Part shown: one piece after another, positions 1 through 12,720 of the stretch
How positions within the stretch are numbered: the first letter of the stretch is position 1
How the letters are laid out: every line of letters begins with the position of its first letter
Origin: Octopus bimaculoides
Lineage: Eukaryota
Length of the DNA stretch: 59,595 nt
Assembly: GCF_001194135.2 (NCBI RefSeq)
Contig: NC_068984.1
Coordinates: forward strand, 6,137,441 to 6,197,035
Direction of reading: 5' to 3'
The notes under the pieces: generated by a model
Databases searched by the model: none
The model's input: the letters and a program-made list of their open reading frames with translations, nothing else
What the model was told of the DNA's origin: nothing
Program-made: the position numbers and the translations under genes

Positions 1-990
1 AAATATACACACAAACACATGTATGTATGCAAGCATGTCTGAGTTTACAATCAAATGGTAAAAGTTTTTAAAATGGTGAAAATGAAATCTAACTATTTAT
101 ACTGATGAAGTCATTCTGTTAGTATGAAGAGTTTCATTGTACACACATATCTACGTTTAGTGTGTCTATCTCTGCATATTATCTCTCTTTCACTTTGGCA
201 GCTACAAGGTAATGCAACAAAAACCACACAGTAGATAGTAAATGATTGGCAAATCAGATCAAGAAACAAAAAGAAAGTGTTTGAAAGATCCCTTTAATCT
301 TGCCATCATCAAAGCAACCTGTATAGTGTTGATGCCAGGAAAAATGTATCCAGTACCCTTTGTAATGTGGCTGTTATTAAGAAGGGCTGCTGATTGTAGA
401 TACCATGCCAAAAATGAGACAATGGTACCTAATGTGTACCTCTAAACCAATGGATGAGGTTGAACCATCCAACCCATGCCAGCATGGTAAAATGAAAATA
501 TATACAATAATGATAACAACAACAATTTATGAAGATTGACGTAACTCTTCGTGAAGGTAAATACACAATAAGAAGAGTACAATACAATTTGTGAGTTTAA
601 AACATCACACCCTGAAGGAATGAAGAAAACAACAGAAAAATTCCATCACATTTGCACAAAACATCTTGAGAGTGTTTTCTTCCTTGCTTTTCTTTTTTCT
701 TCTTCCTTTTTTTTCACCTTTTTCATTGTTACTAGTTATGAAAAAGTAAAAACTGATGTAATTTTGTCTAAAAAGGATTGCAGGATATTCCAGTTCAAAT
801 TTTGACTTTTTGTATTTCTGCAAATTTATCATTTTTCATCTTGAACTCAATAAGACCAGACACACTGTTGAAATATAGTTCAATTCAATAAACAGAGCTA
901 ATCTCTGTTTATTACAAATTGTATCATGTTCTTGTTATTGTGTAATAATAATAACAACAATAATAATAATAAAGATAATAATAATAATAA

Positions 991-1630
991 TTTCAAATTT
1001 TGGCACAAGGCCAGCAATTTCAGGGGAGGGGGTAAGTCAATTTCATCAACTCCAGAGTTCAAATGGTGCTTATTTTATCGACCCTGAAAGTATGAAAGGC
1101 AAAAATTGACCCCAGCAAAATTTGAAGTCAGAATGTAAAAATGGACTAAATGTTGCTAAGCATTTTGTCCAGCATAGTAATGATAACTGCCAGCTCACCA
1201 CCTTAATAATAATAATAATAATGGTTTTAAATGTTGGCACAAGACCAGCAATTTCAGGGTTGGGGCTTAGTCATTTAGATTGACCTCAGTGTTCAACTGG
1301 TACTTAATTTATTAACACCAAAAAGAATGAAAAGCAAAATCAACCTCAGCAGAATTTGAACTCAGAAAATAAAGACGGATGAAATACTGCTTAGCATTTT
1401 GTCTGTCATACTAGCGATTCTGCCAGCTCGCTGCACAAGGCCTGAAATTTCGGGGGAAGGGGCTAATCAGTTACATTAACCCTGGAGCATAACTGGTACT
1501 TATTTCATTGACACCAAAAGGATGAAAGCAAAGTTGACCTTCGCAGAATTTGAACTCGAAATGTAATGATGGATGAAATACTGCCAAGCATTATGTCCAG
1601 TGAGCTAATGATTCTGCCAGTTTGCCGCTC
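991..1630 (-). mobile_element. Three head-to-tail copies of tRNA-derived SINE family A (about 991-1204, 1223-1432, 1433-1630) embedded in (AAT)n
   Basis: Each copy is the reverse complement of the intact plus-strand copy at 8763-8976 (shared blocks GGCACAAGGCC, ATTTGAACTCAGAA, TGCCAGCTC). Copies 1 and 2 are separated by an AAT run; copy 3 abuts copy 2. Confidence 0.9.
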
Positions 1631-1664
1631 TAATAATAATAATAATAATAACAACAATAATAAA

Positions 1665-1709
<45 letters not shown>

Positions 1710-1843
1710 TACTTGGAACTGCACGCATATTGTGTAAAGTACTGTCTGTTTGAGGTCCTTGTGACTGGACAAACAGTACAAACACCTGGTAGAGACAATA
1801 TCTTCAATCAACAACCTCACGATATTGTATACTGTGTGACGTC

Positions 1844-1896
<53 letters not shown>
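1631..1896. repeat. (AAT)n microsatellites at 1631-1706 and 1846-1896
   Basis: Direct reading; source of the poly-N/poly-I/poly-Y ORFs in the track. Confidence 0.95.
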
Positions 1897-1899
<3 letters not shown>

Positions 1900-4392
1900 T
1901 TACTTGGAACTGAACGCATATTGCGTAAAGTACTTCTGTGCTGGAGCTGTTGATTCAACTGATCAACTGATACAATTCCTTCCCTACAAATATGTATCAT
2001 TGTTTCTGCAGAAGCAATTATAATTTTTCAGACACATTACAGTACCATACTTAATTCTGTGTACTTTTAATATCTGACCACATTTTGAATTCAAAACTCA
2101 ATGGAGTCAATCTTGCCTTTTATTCTTCCAATGTTGATAAATGATGAACCTGGCATATCAGTGAGGTAGACTTAATCAACTGTAACCACTTTCTTTCATT
2201 TATATCATTGATTCTTCTGCCAGTAGGTTTTCAATCTATGGTCTCAGCCAACTGTGTCTTTCATTACTTCATTAAAATCGGAAGTGTGTATGCTACATAA
2301 GTCTGCAGCTAAAGAGCTGGCTGGAGCCATCCAACACTAAATAACAATAGCAACTTCATCAAGGCTCAACAACAAGTGGAACAGCAATAATCTAAATGAG
2401 AACAGTAATAAAAACCAACAATAAAAGAATATAAAAAAACCGAAGAAACAATTCTGCACAAATTATCTCGACTTTCAAATTATCGATAGTCCAAATTCTT
2501 TAGAGTGCACTAATAAATGTCTGCATAACAAAGTGACCAAGTAACTTTTCTTGAAGCCAATCTCTTTGAAATCCATTAGAGAACATTGGAGAGAAGTCAA
2601 ATTTTTCAAACGAAGGATGATGTTCACTTTATATCTGATTTGTGTCTTGGGAATAAAGCCATTATTCCAACATGGTTTTCATGAAAGTTTTGCCAAAAGT
2701 TTTCCACAGGAAATTAGAAACAAAGATTTCTTTTGTCGTTTGAATACACTAATTAGAAAATTTAAGGATATTGTAAAATATTTACTAAACACATGAATGG
2801 TTTAAGAGAATAATGTATACATCTCGTTGTTAAAAATTAGTTTCATATGTATTTTTCTCCTTGATTTATCAATTACTAGTATTTATAGCCTGTATAGTTT
2901 GCAGATATAAAAGGGCTGAGCTAGGAGTTTTTACACCAGTTTGGTGAGATTATTTTTTTTATAAAACTTTTCTCACAGGTCTATTAATTAAGGGAGCTAC
3001 AAGATGTAGTCAAACCATTTGCAATTATTAAAAAAGAAAATGAAAAATGAAAGTACAGATTAGATAAGAGTCTTAAATACAGTATTTTAGGGAAAAATGA
3101 TAGGACGGTTCACATATGGAACACATTTGTTTATATATCTATTCAGGCCAGATTGACCTGCAGCTAATAAAGAACATAATAAGTAGGGTGTATATAATGA
3201 ACGAGATCCTTCCTCAATCTAAAAGAGGTTTTTATGGAAGATTTTATCAATAAAGAACAAAGAAAAAAAAGGAACAGCGTTTCAGAAATAAAGGGGAGAT
3301 GGATAGATTCAACTGATGTTTTGGTATGAAGAATCAAATGTTTTGATCTCTTACTCTTTGTCTGAGAGACAAAGAAAGTGGTATTGCCACATTAGCTTGC
3401 ATGCTAGTAAATGGTGAAGGAACTTAAAGTGTGATATGGAAGAAGAGGAAGACATTTGATGAATTGAGATGCTTCATGAGTTGTATCAAGGATGAGCTGA
3501 TAGAACAATAATTGACAGTGTAACAAATAGATAAATGCGTTAAGTGGTTGAATAACACGTAGCTGAATGACCATAAATGAGAGTGTTATATGATTAATAA
3601 TACCAAACAAATGGTATATCATTATCATCATCACCATCATCATCATTTAAGAGCTAATTTCCCCATTGGTGTGAGATGGACAGTTTGACAGAATCCAACG
3701 AACCAGAGAACTGTGTCCGTGTCTGCTCTGGCAAGGTTTCTATGTCCAGAAGTCCTTCATAATCCCAACGACTTCCCAAAATGTCCTGGGTATTTTTTTC
3801 ATGATACCAGCACAAGGGAGGTTGCTAGGTAACTTGCAAGACAAAGTAAAAGAAATCCCTTTAACTGAATGGGGTAGATATAGATGGGGAGGTAGCTTTA
3901 TGTTAGGGATAGAGAGGCTAAAAGTGTGACTGAGGGACAGGCACAGGTGTCTTGATATAGAGGAGATAACAGCACTCATGATGGACATGTGCCCCTATTT
4001 TCAATTAAGGAGTGCCTTAGAGGATTTAGTATGTCTACTTATGATACATATGTGTGTGTTTAGTAGTTTAGATTACTGCAACGGGAGCATGTCACACTAA
4101 ATGCATTACATTATTTGATTTTATCCTTCTTGGTCCCAAGATCAAATCATTTGAGAGTCAACTTTGCTTTTCCTTCACTTCTACTCTGCACCAAGGCTGG
4201 CTAAACTGATACCAGTAACATATTGGGGTTGATAGAGTCAACTCTTCCCAAACCACTTACTTGAACATCTATGCTCAAGCATTAGAAATTATTGCTGCTG
4301 ATAATCATGCAAGCACATGTATCTAAACATACCTATACATACACATACACACATACATATGCATATAGATGTGATTATATACCAATATATAT

Positions 4393-4553
4393 ATCATCAT
4401 CATCATCATCGTTTAACGTCCGCTTTCCATGCTAGCATGGGTTGGACGATTTGACTGAGGACTGGTGAAACCGGATGGCAACACCAGGCTCCAGTCTGAT
4501 TTGGCAGAGTTTCTACAGCTGGATGCCCTTCCTAACGCCAACCACTCAGAGAG

Positions 4554-4554
<1 letters not shown>
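4393..4554 (-). mobile_element. 5'-truncated RTE-type retroelement 3' end with (GAT)n tail, young copy
   Basis: (ATC)n-GTTTAACGTCCGCTTTCCATGCTAGCATGGGTTGGACG...; nearly identical to the copy at 15671-15944; flanked by (TA)n on both sides. Confidence 0.85.
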
Positions 4555-4597
<43 letters not shown>

Positions 4598-4738
4598 GTT
4601 CTTTATAAAAGTATTTTAGCATTTTCTACTTTGTCTTTTTTCCATATATATATATATATATATATATACAGATACACACACACATATATATACATACAGA
4701 TACACATACACACACATTTATTATTGTGATTTATAAAG

Positions 4739-4740
<2 letters not shown>

Positions 4741-4821
<81 letters not shown>
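4741..4821. repeat. Compound (CAT)n(TAT)n microsatellite
   Basis: Direct reading. Confidence 0.95.
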
Positions 4822-4822
<1 letters not shown>

Positions 4823-5189
4823 GTTCATTTTTATGCCTCTTTCTTACCTGACTCCTTGAATTTAAACACAGATTCAGAAATCACAGCCGTTGGAGGTTAG
4901 AGAAATTAGGAGAAATTAGGTTTTGGATTAAGATGTTGTTGTTGAAAAAAACAAAAAAAAACAAAAAACAAAACAAGCAAAAGACAAACTATAAAAGCTG
5001 ATGTAGCACAAACAATCAGCTTAGGAAGAGATTAGGGTTAGTGTCTAATGACAAATCCAGTTTAAATTACCATCTTGTGAGCTTGCAAGGCTGAAGAACA
5101 GTGCATCGTCTGTCTGACAGGTTGCAGTCATGACACTTGAAGACTTCTCTGCTACAGTTTGGCTTATGGCTTGCTGCACAAATCACTAC

Positions 5190-5206
5190 AGAGAATACAG
5201 CTGCTG

Positions 5207-5239
<33 letters not shown>

Positions 5240-5353
5240 TTGATAGTGGACTTACTGCTATTGCTGCTGATACTATGGCTACTACAACTATGACTGTTGC
5301 TGCTCCTCCTACTGCTACTGTTGCTATTACTGGTACACTTCACCTACTGCTGT

Positions 5354-5407
<54 letters not shown>

Positions 5408-5560
5408 AGTTAGTGTTGCTAATGGTAGAATAATCGAATTATTATTACCACCTTCAATGTTGCTTCTACTGCAACTACTACTACCTCTGCTACTACAACT
5501 GCTGCCGCTGCTGCTTCCCTCATCAACACTGCCAACACTACCACCAGCACTTCTACTACA
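5190..5560. repeat. Low-complexity (CTG/CTA)n trinucleotide region with pure (CTA)n at about 5357-5405
   Basis: Direct reading; explains the poly-A/T/L/V ORFs. Confidence 0.9.
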
Positions 5561-5894
5561 GTTTGTCACTGATGTTATTTCCAGCAGCAGTAGTTAATAG
5601 TTAAAATGGTTACAGATACAATGTTTTGCATGTCTGGATGATGTCAGTTGGCTGCAGAAAAATCTGCCTTAATGAATTTCATCTAACCCATGCAAGCATG
5701 GAAAAACATAGAAAAGGGAACATTAAAAAATGCTACTGATGATATATATATTCTTTTTTTCCTTATTTGTTTCAACTATGTGGCTGCGGTCATGCTGGAG
5801 CACCACCTTCATTTTGCACATTTACATATCATTCCTTTTTAAGTTGATTTCTTCAGGGTGGTAGGATTTCATATCATCACTCTTGCGTGTGCTT

Positions 5895-6190
5895 TTCACT
5901 TGGCTGTTGGCCCATTTGGTGGATAAGGGAGTTAGACACTGCTGCTTTCATCTGTGCCTTATGCCAGGCTGTTGGTTCATCTGGTATTGTGGAGAAGAGA
6001 ATATCCATTTCCTTTTTGAGGACATCCACATCCAGTGTGTAGGTTTCTTAATTTGTTTGGATGGGCAGGAACTGGAGAGAGCATTTGCTCTTAGGGTTTC
6101 AGTGAAATCTTGAACAGTGGAGTTCCTTAATTATCCCAAGAGGCCTTCCTGTATAAGGAGGGCCACATTTCTAACATCCTCCCTGCCATT
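5895..6190 (-). mobile_element. Degenerate CR1/L2-group LINE ORF2 C-terminus
   Basis: Minus strand 6032->5913 reads DVDVLKKEMDILFSTIPDEPTAWHKAQMKAAVSNSLIHQ, resembling the F(K)..LD..L..(I/V)PD(E/Q)P....AA.SNSL end of invertebrate CR1-group ORF2; frameshifted upstream. Confidence 0.65.
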
Positions 6191-6404
6191 TTCTTTTAAC
6201 GTTTGCATGCTATGCATATGTCCCTTTTTTTTCTGTGTATACCATGCATACTTACTTTTCTTTTTATAATTTCATTCTATGTAAACCCCTACACTTTATG
6301 TCTGTCACCGTATTGTCCCCCGCATCCTTCGCCCTTATAGCAAATAAATGAAACCATTATTATTATTATTATTATTATGATTATTATAATTATTATTATT
6401 GCTG

Positions 6405-6610
6405 TTGTTGCAGTTAGAGCATTGGACGAACTTTTTAATGGTATTTTTTCGAACTCATTACATTCTGAGTTCAAATCCCAGCAGAGTCAACCTTGCTTTT
6501 CATTCCTGAAGTGTTGATAAAATCAAGAACCAGTCAGGTACTGGAATCATTGCTATCGTCCAACACCCTCCCAGTAAAATTGTTTGCCTTGTGCCAACGT
6601 CTGAAACCAT
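6405..6610 (+). mobile_element. tRNA-derived SINE family A, diverged copy preceded by (ATT)n
   Basis: CATTCTGAGTTCAAATCCCAGCAGAGTCAACCTTGCTTTTCATTCC...GCCTTGTGCC matches 8763-8976. Confidence 0.8.
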
Positions 6611-7510
6611 TCATAAGATGGGGAAGTGGTACAATTATTAATGTGTTGGATAAAATGCTTAGTGGCCTTTCTTTTAGCTCTTTATGCTCTGAGTTCCAAA
6701 GGTAACAACAACTAATTTTTTGCCAACATTGTGAATCAAAGAGAGGTATTTGATATGAGTCAGCTCCAAGTAAAAGAACAAGCATAGAAATGGTAAGTCA
6801 CAAAGACTGCCTTCTCATCATTTGAATTTACTCAAGAAAGAGCATCAAACAAAATTAGACATTTCTGTTTTTCAAGAATCAAAGAGAGCTGACCCAATTG
6901 TTTACAACAGTGTGGATTCTACAGTAAAGGCATACAAGGGCCAGGTCATGTATGGGGTACAAAGCTGGGTGCCAGATTATGCATACTTACCTAGAACAAG
7001 AACACTTCCCGTGAGAGATGAAAACAGGTTGTAATTAGTGCAAGATTTGGGTGTCATTTGTAGCATGTCAAACAACTACATAGAAACACAATGAAACACT
7101 GACTCTGAATTTGAACTTACATACTGTGAGCATGTAGTGCAATGTTACCTATTAGACCATTTCACTTCTACAATAATCACAGAGTTCAACCTCAGATAAT
7201 CATCAGACCACATGCTTATCTATACACCAACTTCCTTTGTAACTTAGTGATACTCTTCAGAGACTGGTGGTCAGAAAAACAATACAAATTAATCCTTTCA
7301 TAAACAGCAGCAAACCATAATATTAGGTAATTAAACTCTTGACTTCTATAGTTAAATATATGGAATGAATTTGCCTCTGGATGAGACATTAATCTTTTGC
7401 AGGAAACATTACCAAAGCGACAGAATTGTCTTACACTTGTAGACACAGAAATACAGTTACAGGGTGATACAAACTAACAACCCATGAACTGAGCAATACC
7501 ATGACTATAC

Positions 7511-7546
<36 letters not shown>

Positions 7547-8418
7547 CACTACAGCTGCTGCTGCTGCTAATAGTAATAATAGTAGTAGCAGCAGCAGTAG
7601 TTAAAGAGTAAATTCCATTTATTTGCAATAAGGACTGTTACCAAGATGGCAAGCCTCGTCCCATCACCATTGCCTATCATCCGATTATCTCAACAACATC
7701 ACCTTCGAAACTGTTACCACAGCCGCCTCAACCTTCTCCTCCTCCTCCTCCTCCTCCTCCCACTCTCTATCAGCTTATGTCCTCATTGCCTTCATGAGGG
7801 ATGTGTTGTGCTGCTTCTTTAAGTATAACTGTTTGTTTTACTACTAATTCCATTCCCATGCTGCTGTACACATATTTATTTATACACTAATGATACCTAT
7901 GTAATTAGGTACCATAAATATAGTTAATTAGACTAATTATTAGCAATTGCTGTGATAATGTATTGAAATACTATACTTTAACTAATTACAGTGTTTCTAT
8001 TGAAATAATAAGAGCTAGAAATAATAACTGATAGTAATTGACACACAGTAATGTAACTGTATTAATTATGTCCAATAGTAAAAGAATATAATTATGGATT
8101 CACACTGATATCTTATTGGTTATTGTCTTACTGGCAGAAGAGGGAAGAATATCAAAGTTGGCAACCAAAGTCAGATTTGAACTTAGAACACAGCTTGGTA
8201 TCTAGATATAGTCCCTTAACTTCTGAGTTCAATTCGTGATGCAGTCAGCTTTGTCTTTCATTCTTCTGAGGTGGATGCTTTGTTTTATTTCTTCCACTGA
8301 AATGTTTCATAATGTCAAACACAACCACCAGCATCCGTGTACGTTCACATACTACCGCACACAACTACATAACCACACACACACACACAAAGATATATAT
8401 GATAAGCACCTACGAGCC

Positions 8419-8654
8419 NNNNNNNNNNNNNNNNNNNNNNNNNNNNNNNNNNNNNNNNNNNNNNNNNNNNNNNNNNNNNNNNNNNNNNNNNNNNNNNNNN
8501 NNNNNNNNNNNNNNNNNNNNNNNNNNNNNNNNNNNNNNNNNNNNNNNNNNNNNNNNNNNNNNNNNNNNNNNNNNNNNNNNNNNNNNNNNNNNNNNNNNNN
8601 NNNNNNNNNNNNNNNNNNNNNNNNNNNNNNNNNNNNNNNNNNNNNNNNNNNNNN
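8419..8654. other. Assembly gap (236 N)
   Basis: Run of N. Other gaps: 14658-14667, 25870-25879, 28550-28858, 36401-36514, 50713-50722. Confidence 1.
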
Positions 8655-8724
8655 AATCAAATTAAAAAATAATGAATAATTCCTTTGATCTTTGACTCTT
8701 TCTTCTTGTTTGATGTAGACGAAA

Positions 8725-8762
<38 letters not shown>

Positions 8763-8763
<1 letters not shown>

Positions 8764-8976
8764 AGGCAGCAAGCTGGCAGAATCGTTAGCATGCTAGACA
8801 GAATGCTTAGTGGTATTTTGTCTGTCTTTATGTTCTGAGTTCAAGTTCCGCCAAGGTCAGCTTTGCCTTTCATCTTTTTGGGGTCGATAAATAAAGTACC
8901 AGTTCCGTTCTAGGGTCAATCTAATCAACTGGTCCCCTCCCCAAAAATTTCAGGCCTTGTGCTTGGAGTAGAAAAG
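8763..8976 (+). mobile_element. tRNA-derived SINE family A, well-preserved copy preceded by an (ATT)n run
   Basis: Head AAGGCAGCAAGCTGGCAGAATCGTTAGCA, B-box-like GAGTTCAAGTTCC, body ending GGCCTTGTGCTTGGAGTAGAAAAG; more than 10 homologous copies in the window. Confidence 0.9.
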
Positions 8977-9160
8977 AATATACTTGATTCCAGAATGTAT
9001 TACTTGTTTTTCTGAGTTTTACCTAAATGCATTGTTGTAATGAGATACAGTTGTAGAGAACTAGTTATTCAGCTAAAATATTTATCTTCAGTATATGAAT
9101 TATAAAGAACATATGTCTGTATATATTGTAAAATGCTGACTGTTAACCTTTGACCTAAAG

Positions 9161-9418
9161 CAACGGTTCTCAACTGAGGTTCAAATGGTCCTTGGGGAGG
9201 AGCCCCCATCTAACATTTTATTGTTAAAATTGATGCAATAAATAGGTCATATTTCTACAATACACAAAATATTTCAACACTTCTTTTTGTACACAAGTCC
9301 TAATATTTGATTATAAAAATATGATAGGATTTTTTAAACAAGGAATGGTTATGAGGAAGCACCCCAGTGAAGTAGGAATCATAAAGGTTCATGGGTAAGA
9401 AGTGGTTGAGAACCACTG
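9161..9418. mobile_element. hAT-superfamily (Charlie/Buster-type) MITE, 258 bp
   Basis: TIRs CAACGGTTCTCAAC (9161) / GTTGAGAACCACTG (ends 9418); 8-bp TSD ACCTAAAG (9153-9160) / ACCTGAAG (9419-9426), one mismatch. An 8-bp TSD is diagnostic of hAT. Confidence 0.9.
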
Positions 9419-9679
9419 ACCTGAAGTACACCAAAATATAATGGACGCGAATTAACAAGTTTTGGTGCTATGACTTAACAAAATTCTTATACAACAACAT
9501 CTAATCTATGCTGTAAAATGTACCCTGCCCACTCAAAGATCCTTAAAAGCATAACTTCAAACTAATATAATGCCCTAGCTCAACAAGTAAACTTCAATAT
9601 TATGAAATATAGATATCCCACCATCGAGTACTGTTGTGATATTTAGAAGGGTACACATCTTCCTTTCTGCCTATCTAAC

Positions 9680-9750
9680 CCACCACCACCACCACCACCG
9701 CCGCCGCCACCACCACCACCACCACTACCACCGCCATCACCACCACCACC
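9680..9750. repeat. (CCA/CCG)n microsatellite
   Basis: Direct reading; source of the poly-G ORF at 9643-9837. Confidence 0.9.
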
Positions 9751-11277
9751 AAAATTACAAAATATAGAAGTACACAAAATGACATTTGTCATTGGTAAGC
9801 CTAGATTCTTCTCAATGTGTAGTAGAGATGTGAACACTGTCTTAATAATATTAGAGATCTTTGACTCTCATCAATCAGTTTTATTGATGTTGTTAATTAC
9901 ATTACTATCTTCATAACTAGTTAATTTTCAGTAATCTTTACGGTCATGTATAGTTAAATATAATAAATATTCTAGATGTGAACTGATTACATACTTCTGT
10001 GTAGCAAATTATATGTTCTCATGTGAGCAGAGAGGAATTATATAAAACCAATCTACACATCAATTTATAGGTAATTTGGTGCTTCACTCACAGAACTAAT
10101 CTTCCTTCATTCTTACTGTCAAATGGGTGAAGGAAGGAGTGGTTTAGTGTCTTGCCTATGACAGCGTTCTGTCAATGATGTAATATATCTGTAATTACTC
10201 AGCCTAGAAACTAATATCACCTCGATTGGTTCAGTTCAGTTTTGTGAAAAATAAAACTCAAAACTCATAGAGAAAAATATAGTATCAACTGAAATACACA
10301 CACACACACACACACACCAGCTCTCAGTTGTAAATAGTTTCATATGGTTTCTTATAGTTGCAACTCGTCCTTTCTGTAATAAATAAGGATTATATCTTAA
10401 AAAAGAGAAGAAAAAAAAGAAAGAAGCTAAAATCTGAGAGAGAAAGATTTGGTTGTTGAGAATATGAGGTTAAAAATGAAGTAATCAATATTTACATGTT
10501 GGTGCTCCTTTCATAAAAAAAATGTTAAAAGGGTGAGGTGTTTCCTAGTTAATGAGGAAACATCTGGTCGTAGCAAATCAATATCATCTTATATGCTTAA
10601 AGCAATATGTACATTATCCAAGACCAATGAATATCCCCGCCCACTGGCACAGATAACTCTGAATACAAAATAAACACTTTTTCTTTCTTGGTTCGTTATT
10701 TAAACAAAATGAGTTATTACTATGATGTAAGGTGACTTACATTAGTAGAGTTATTGTGTCAAAAGGCTTTTATGAACTTTCACAAAGGTTGACCAATTTT
10801 CATATTACAGAGCTTAGAGATTAATAACAAATGGTGTTAAATCTTTGCTTTCAACTTTTTAGAGAAATTGATCAAAACAACCAACGCTACTATTCAAGTG
10901 TTTCATAGACTTTCCTGTTAAAACCTACAAGATAATGGAGCTATATTTAGTAGACTTTTACTAATAATATCTCAATACAAAATGACAGTTTTCAATATTT
11001 AAACATTTCTTTATCTTTTCTCCTATTTAAAATGTCAGGATTGCTGAAAGGTACACAAGGTGCTGATAATTCATAGGTCATCGGTTCTAAACCAGAGGAG
11101 AGCTATAAAAAGTGTTCCAGTCATGATAACTTTGTCCTTTGCTAGGTACATTGCATATCTAGGACTACATTATCTAATGTGTACCACTCTTTTGACTATA
11201 ACAAAGAATTGTCTGCTATTTTTATTATGTTGAATAACTATGTAGAGGCAGTATCATTGGTTCACATGTTAAGATTG

Positions 11278-11490
11278 CTTGCAAGCTGGCAGAATCATTA
11301 GCATGCCGGGCGAAATACTAAGCGGTATTTCATTTTCCATTACATTCTGAGTTCAAATTTTGCTAAGGATGACTTTGCTTTCATCATTTCCAGATCGATA
11401 AATTAACAACCAGTTATGTACTGGGGGGTTGATGTAATCGACTTAATCCCTTCCCCCAAATTTGAGGCCTTGTGCTTCCAGTAGAAAGGA
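11278..11490 (+). mobile_element. tRNA-derived SINE family A copy
   Basis: GCAAGCTGGCAGAATCATTAGCATGCCGGGCGAAATACTAAGCGG...GGCCTTGTGCTTCCAGTAGAAAGG, homologous to 8763-8976. Confidence 0.9.
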
Positions 11491-12424
11491 TTGCTTTCAT
11501 TTTACTTTTGGCATTAATCTCATTAATTTGAGATATGATATTGGACTAATAGTTGATAGAGTGCAAGTTCAAATTCACAGCAGGCATACTATTGTTTCTT
11601 ATGGAAAACAATTATTCTCCATTATTTCAGCTGAGAGGACAAAATGGGAAATTGGTCATCTAGGAATGTAACTATTAGCATGCTGTCTGGGGAGATATTT
11701 GTCTCACAGCTTCTTAATGACGTAAAACAAAGCACTGACATTTCAAACTCATATGAGTTTGGGAAATATTATGTTCAAACTGCAAAGTATATTGTAAGTA
11801 CAATTCCCTTAAGAAATACCTTTGACTAAAATATGTATTTACTTATTTTTAGATATACTTGAATGTAATCCTAATGACACAACTTTTCTATACAGTCAAA
11901 TATACATTTTTCAACAGGGGTGGAATGGGGCTGGTTGCAAACTAACCTTGTTTTGGTGGGTGGCAAATGTTTGATTTTTGCAGCTTAAAGTGCAGAGTTC
12001 ATATCTTATATGAAACACAGTCATGACTGATTAAAAAGTTCACTTTTCAATCATGAAGACCCTAGTTCAATCCTACCATACAATACCATAGAAAAGTGTC
12101 TTCAACCATTTCTTCAGGCAGAGCTAAGTCTTGTGAGGGAAACTGGGTAGAGAGAAACTATGTGGAAGCCTATCTAACCTGATATTATTTGTAATTCAAC
12201 AAATCATATTTTTGATTTTGCCTGGGGATTACAAGTGTACAAGTGTTTACAGAATACTCAGATACTTACACTAGAATAGTCTGTGGAATACTCAGCCCCA
12301 TGATAATACAAAGAGTGTGTAGTACTGTTGATTGAAAACCAGAAATCAATACACAATATCTACAAAGATATGAGACTATTGGTGATGAACCAAAAATAAT
12401 AAAGGCATTGTATATGGATCTTTA

Positions 12425-12720
12425 CATGAAGGCACATGGTGCAGTGGTTAAGGTTTTGCACTCATGATCAAGTGATTGTGGGTTTGATTCCTAGACCAAG
12501 CAGCATGTTGTGTTCTTGAGCAAAACACTACATTTCATGTTGCTCCAGTCCACTTGGCTGTAAATGGGTAACTCTACAATGGACTAGCTTTCTAATCAGG
12601 AGGATTGTTGGCCTGCTCACCTAGCCAATGGTGTGGCATCATTCAGAAGCTAAAGAATGATCCAAAACATATTGTGACCAACAATGTATAACAACATCCA
12701 ATAGTCTGATCTATCACATG
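12425..12720 (+). mobile_element. tRNA-derived SINE family C, full length with perfect 13-bp TSD
   Basis: A-box-like TGGTGCAGTGG, B-box-like GGTTTGATTCC, central GTGTTCTTGAGCAAAACACT...TGCTCCAGTCCAC block; TSD ATATGGATCTTTA at 12412-12424 and 12721-12733. Confidence 0.9.

Noticed and set aside
2551-2796. 81-aa non-repetitive ORF (MKPISLKS...)
   Set aside because: No recognisable motif and no flanking splice signals; probably a decayed TE fragment or chance.
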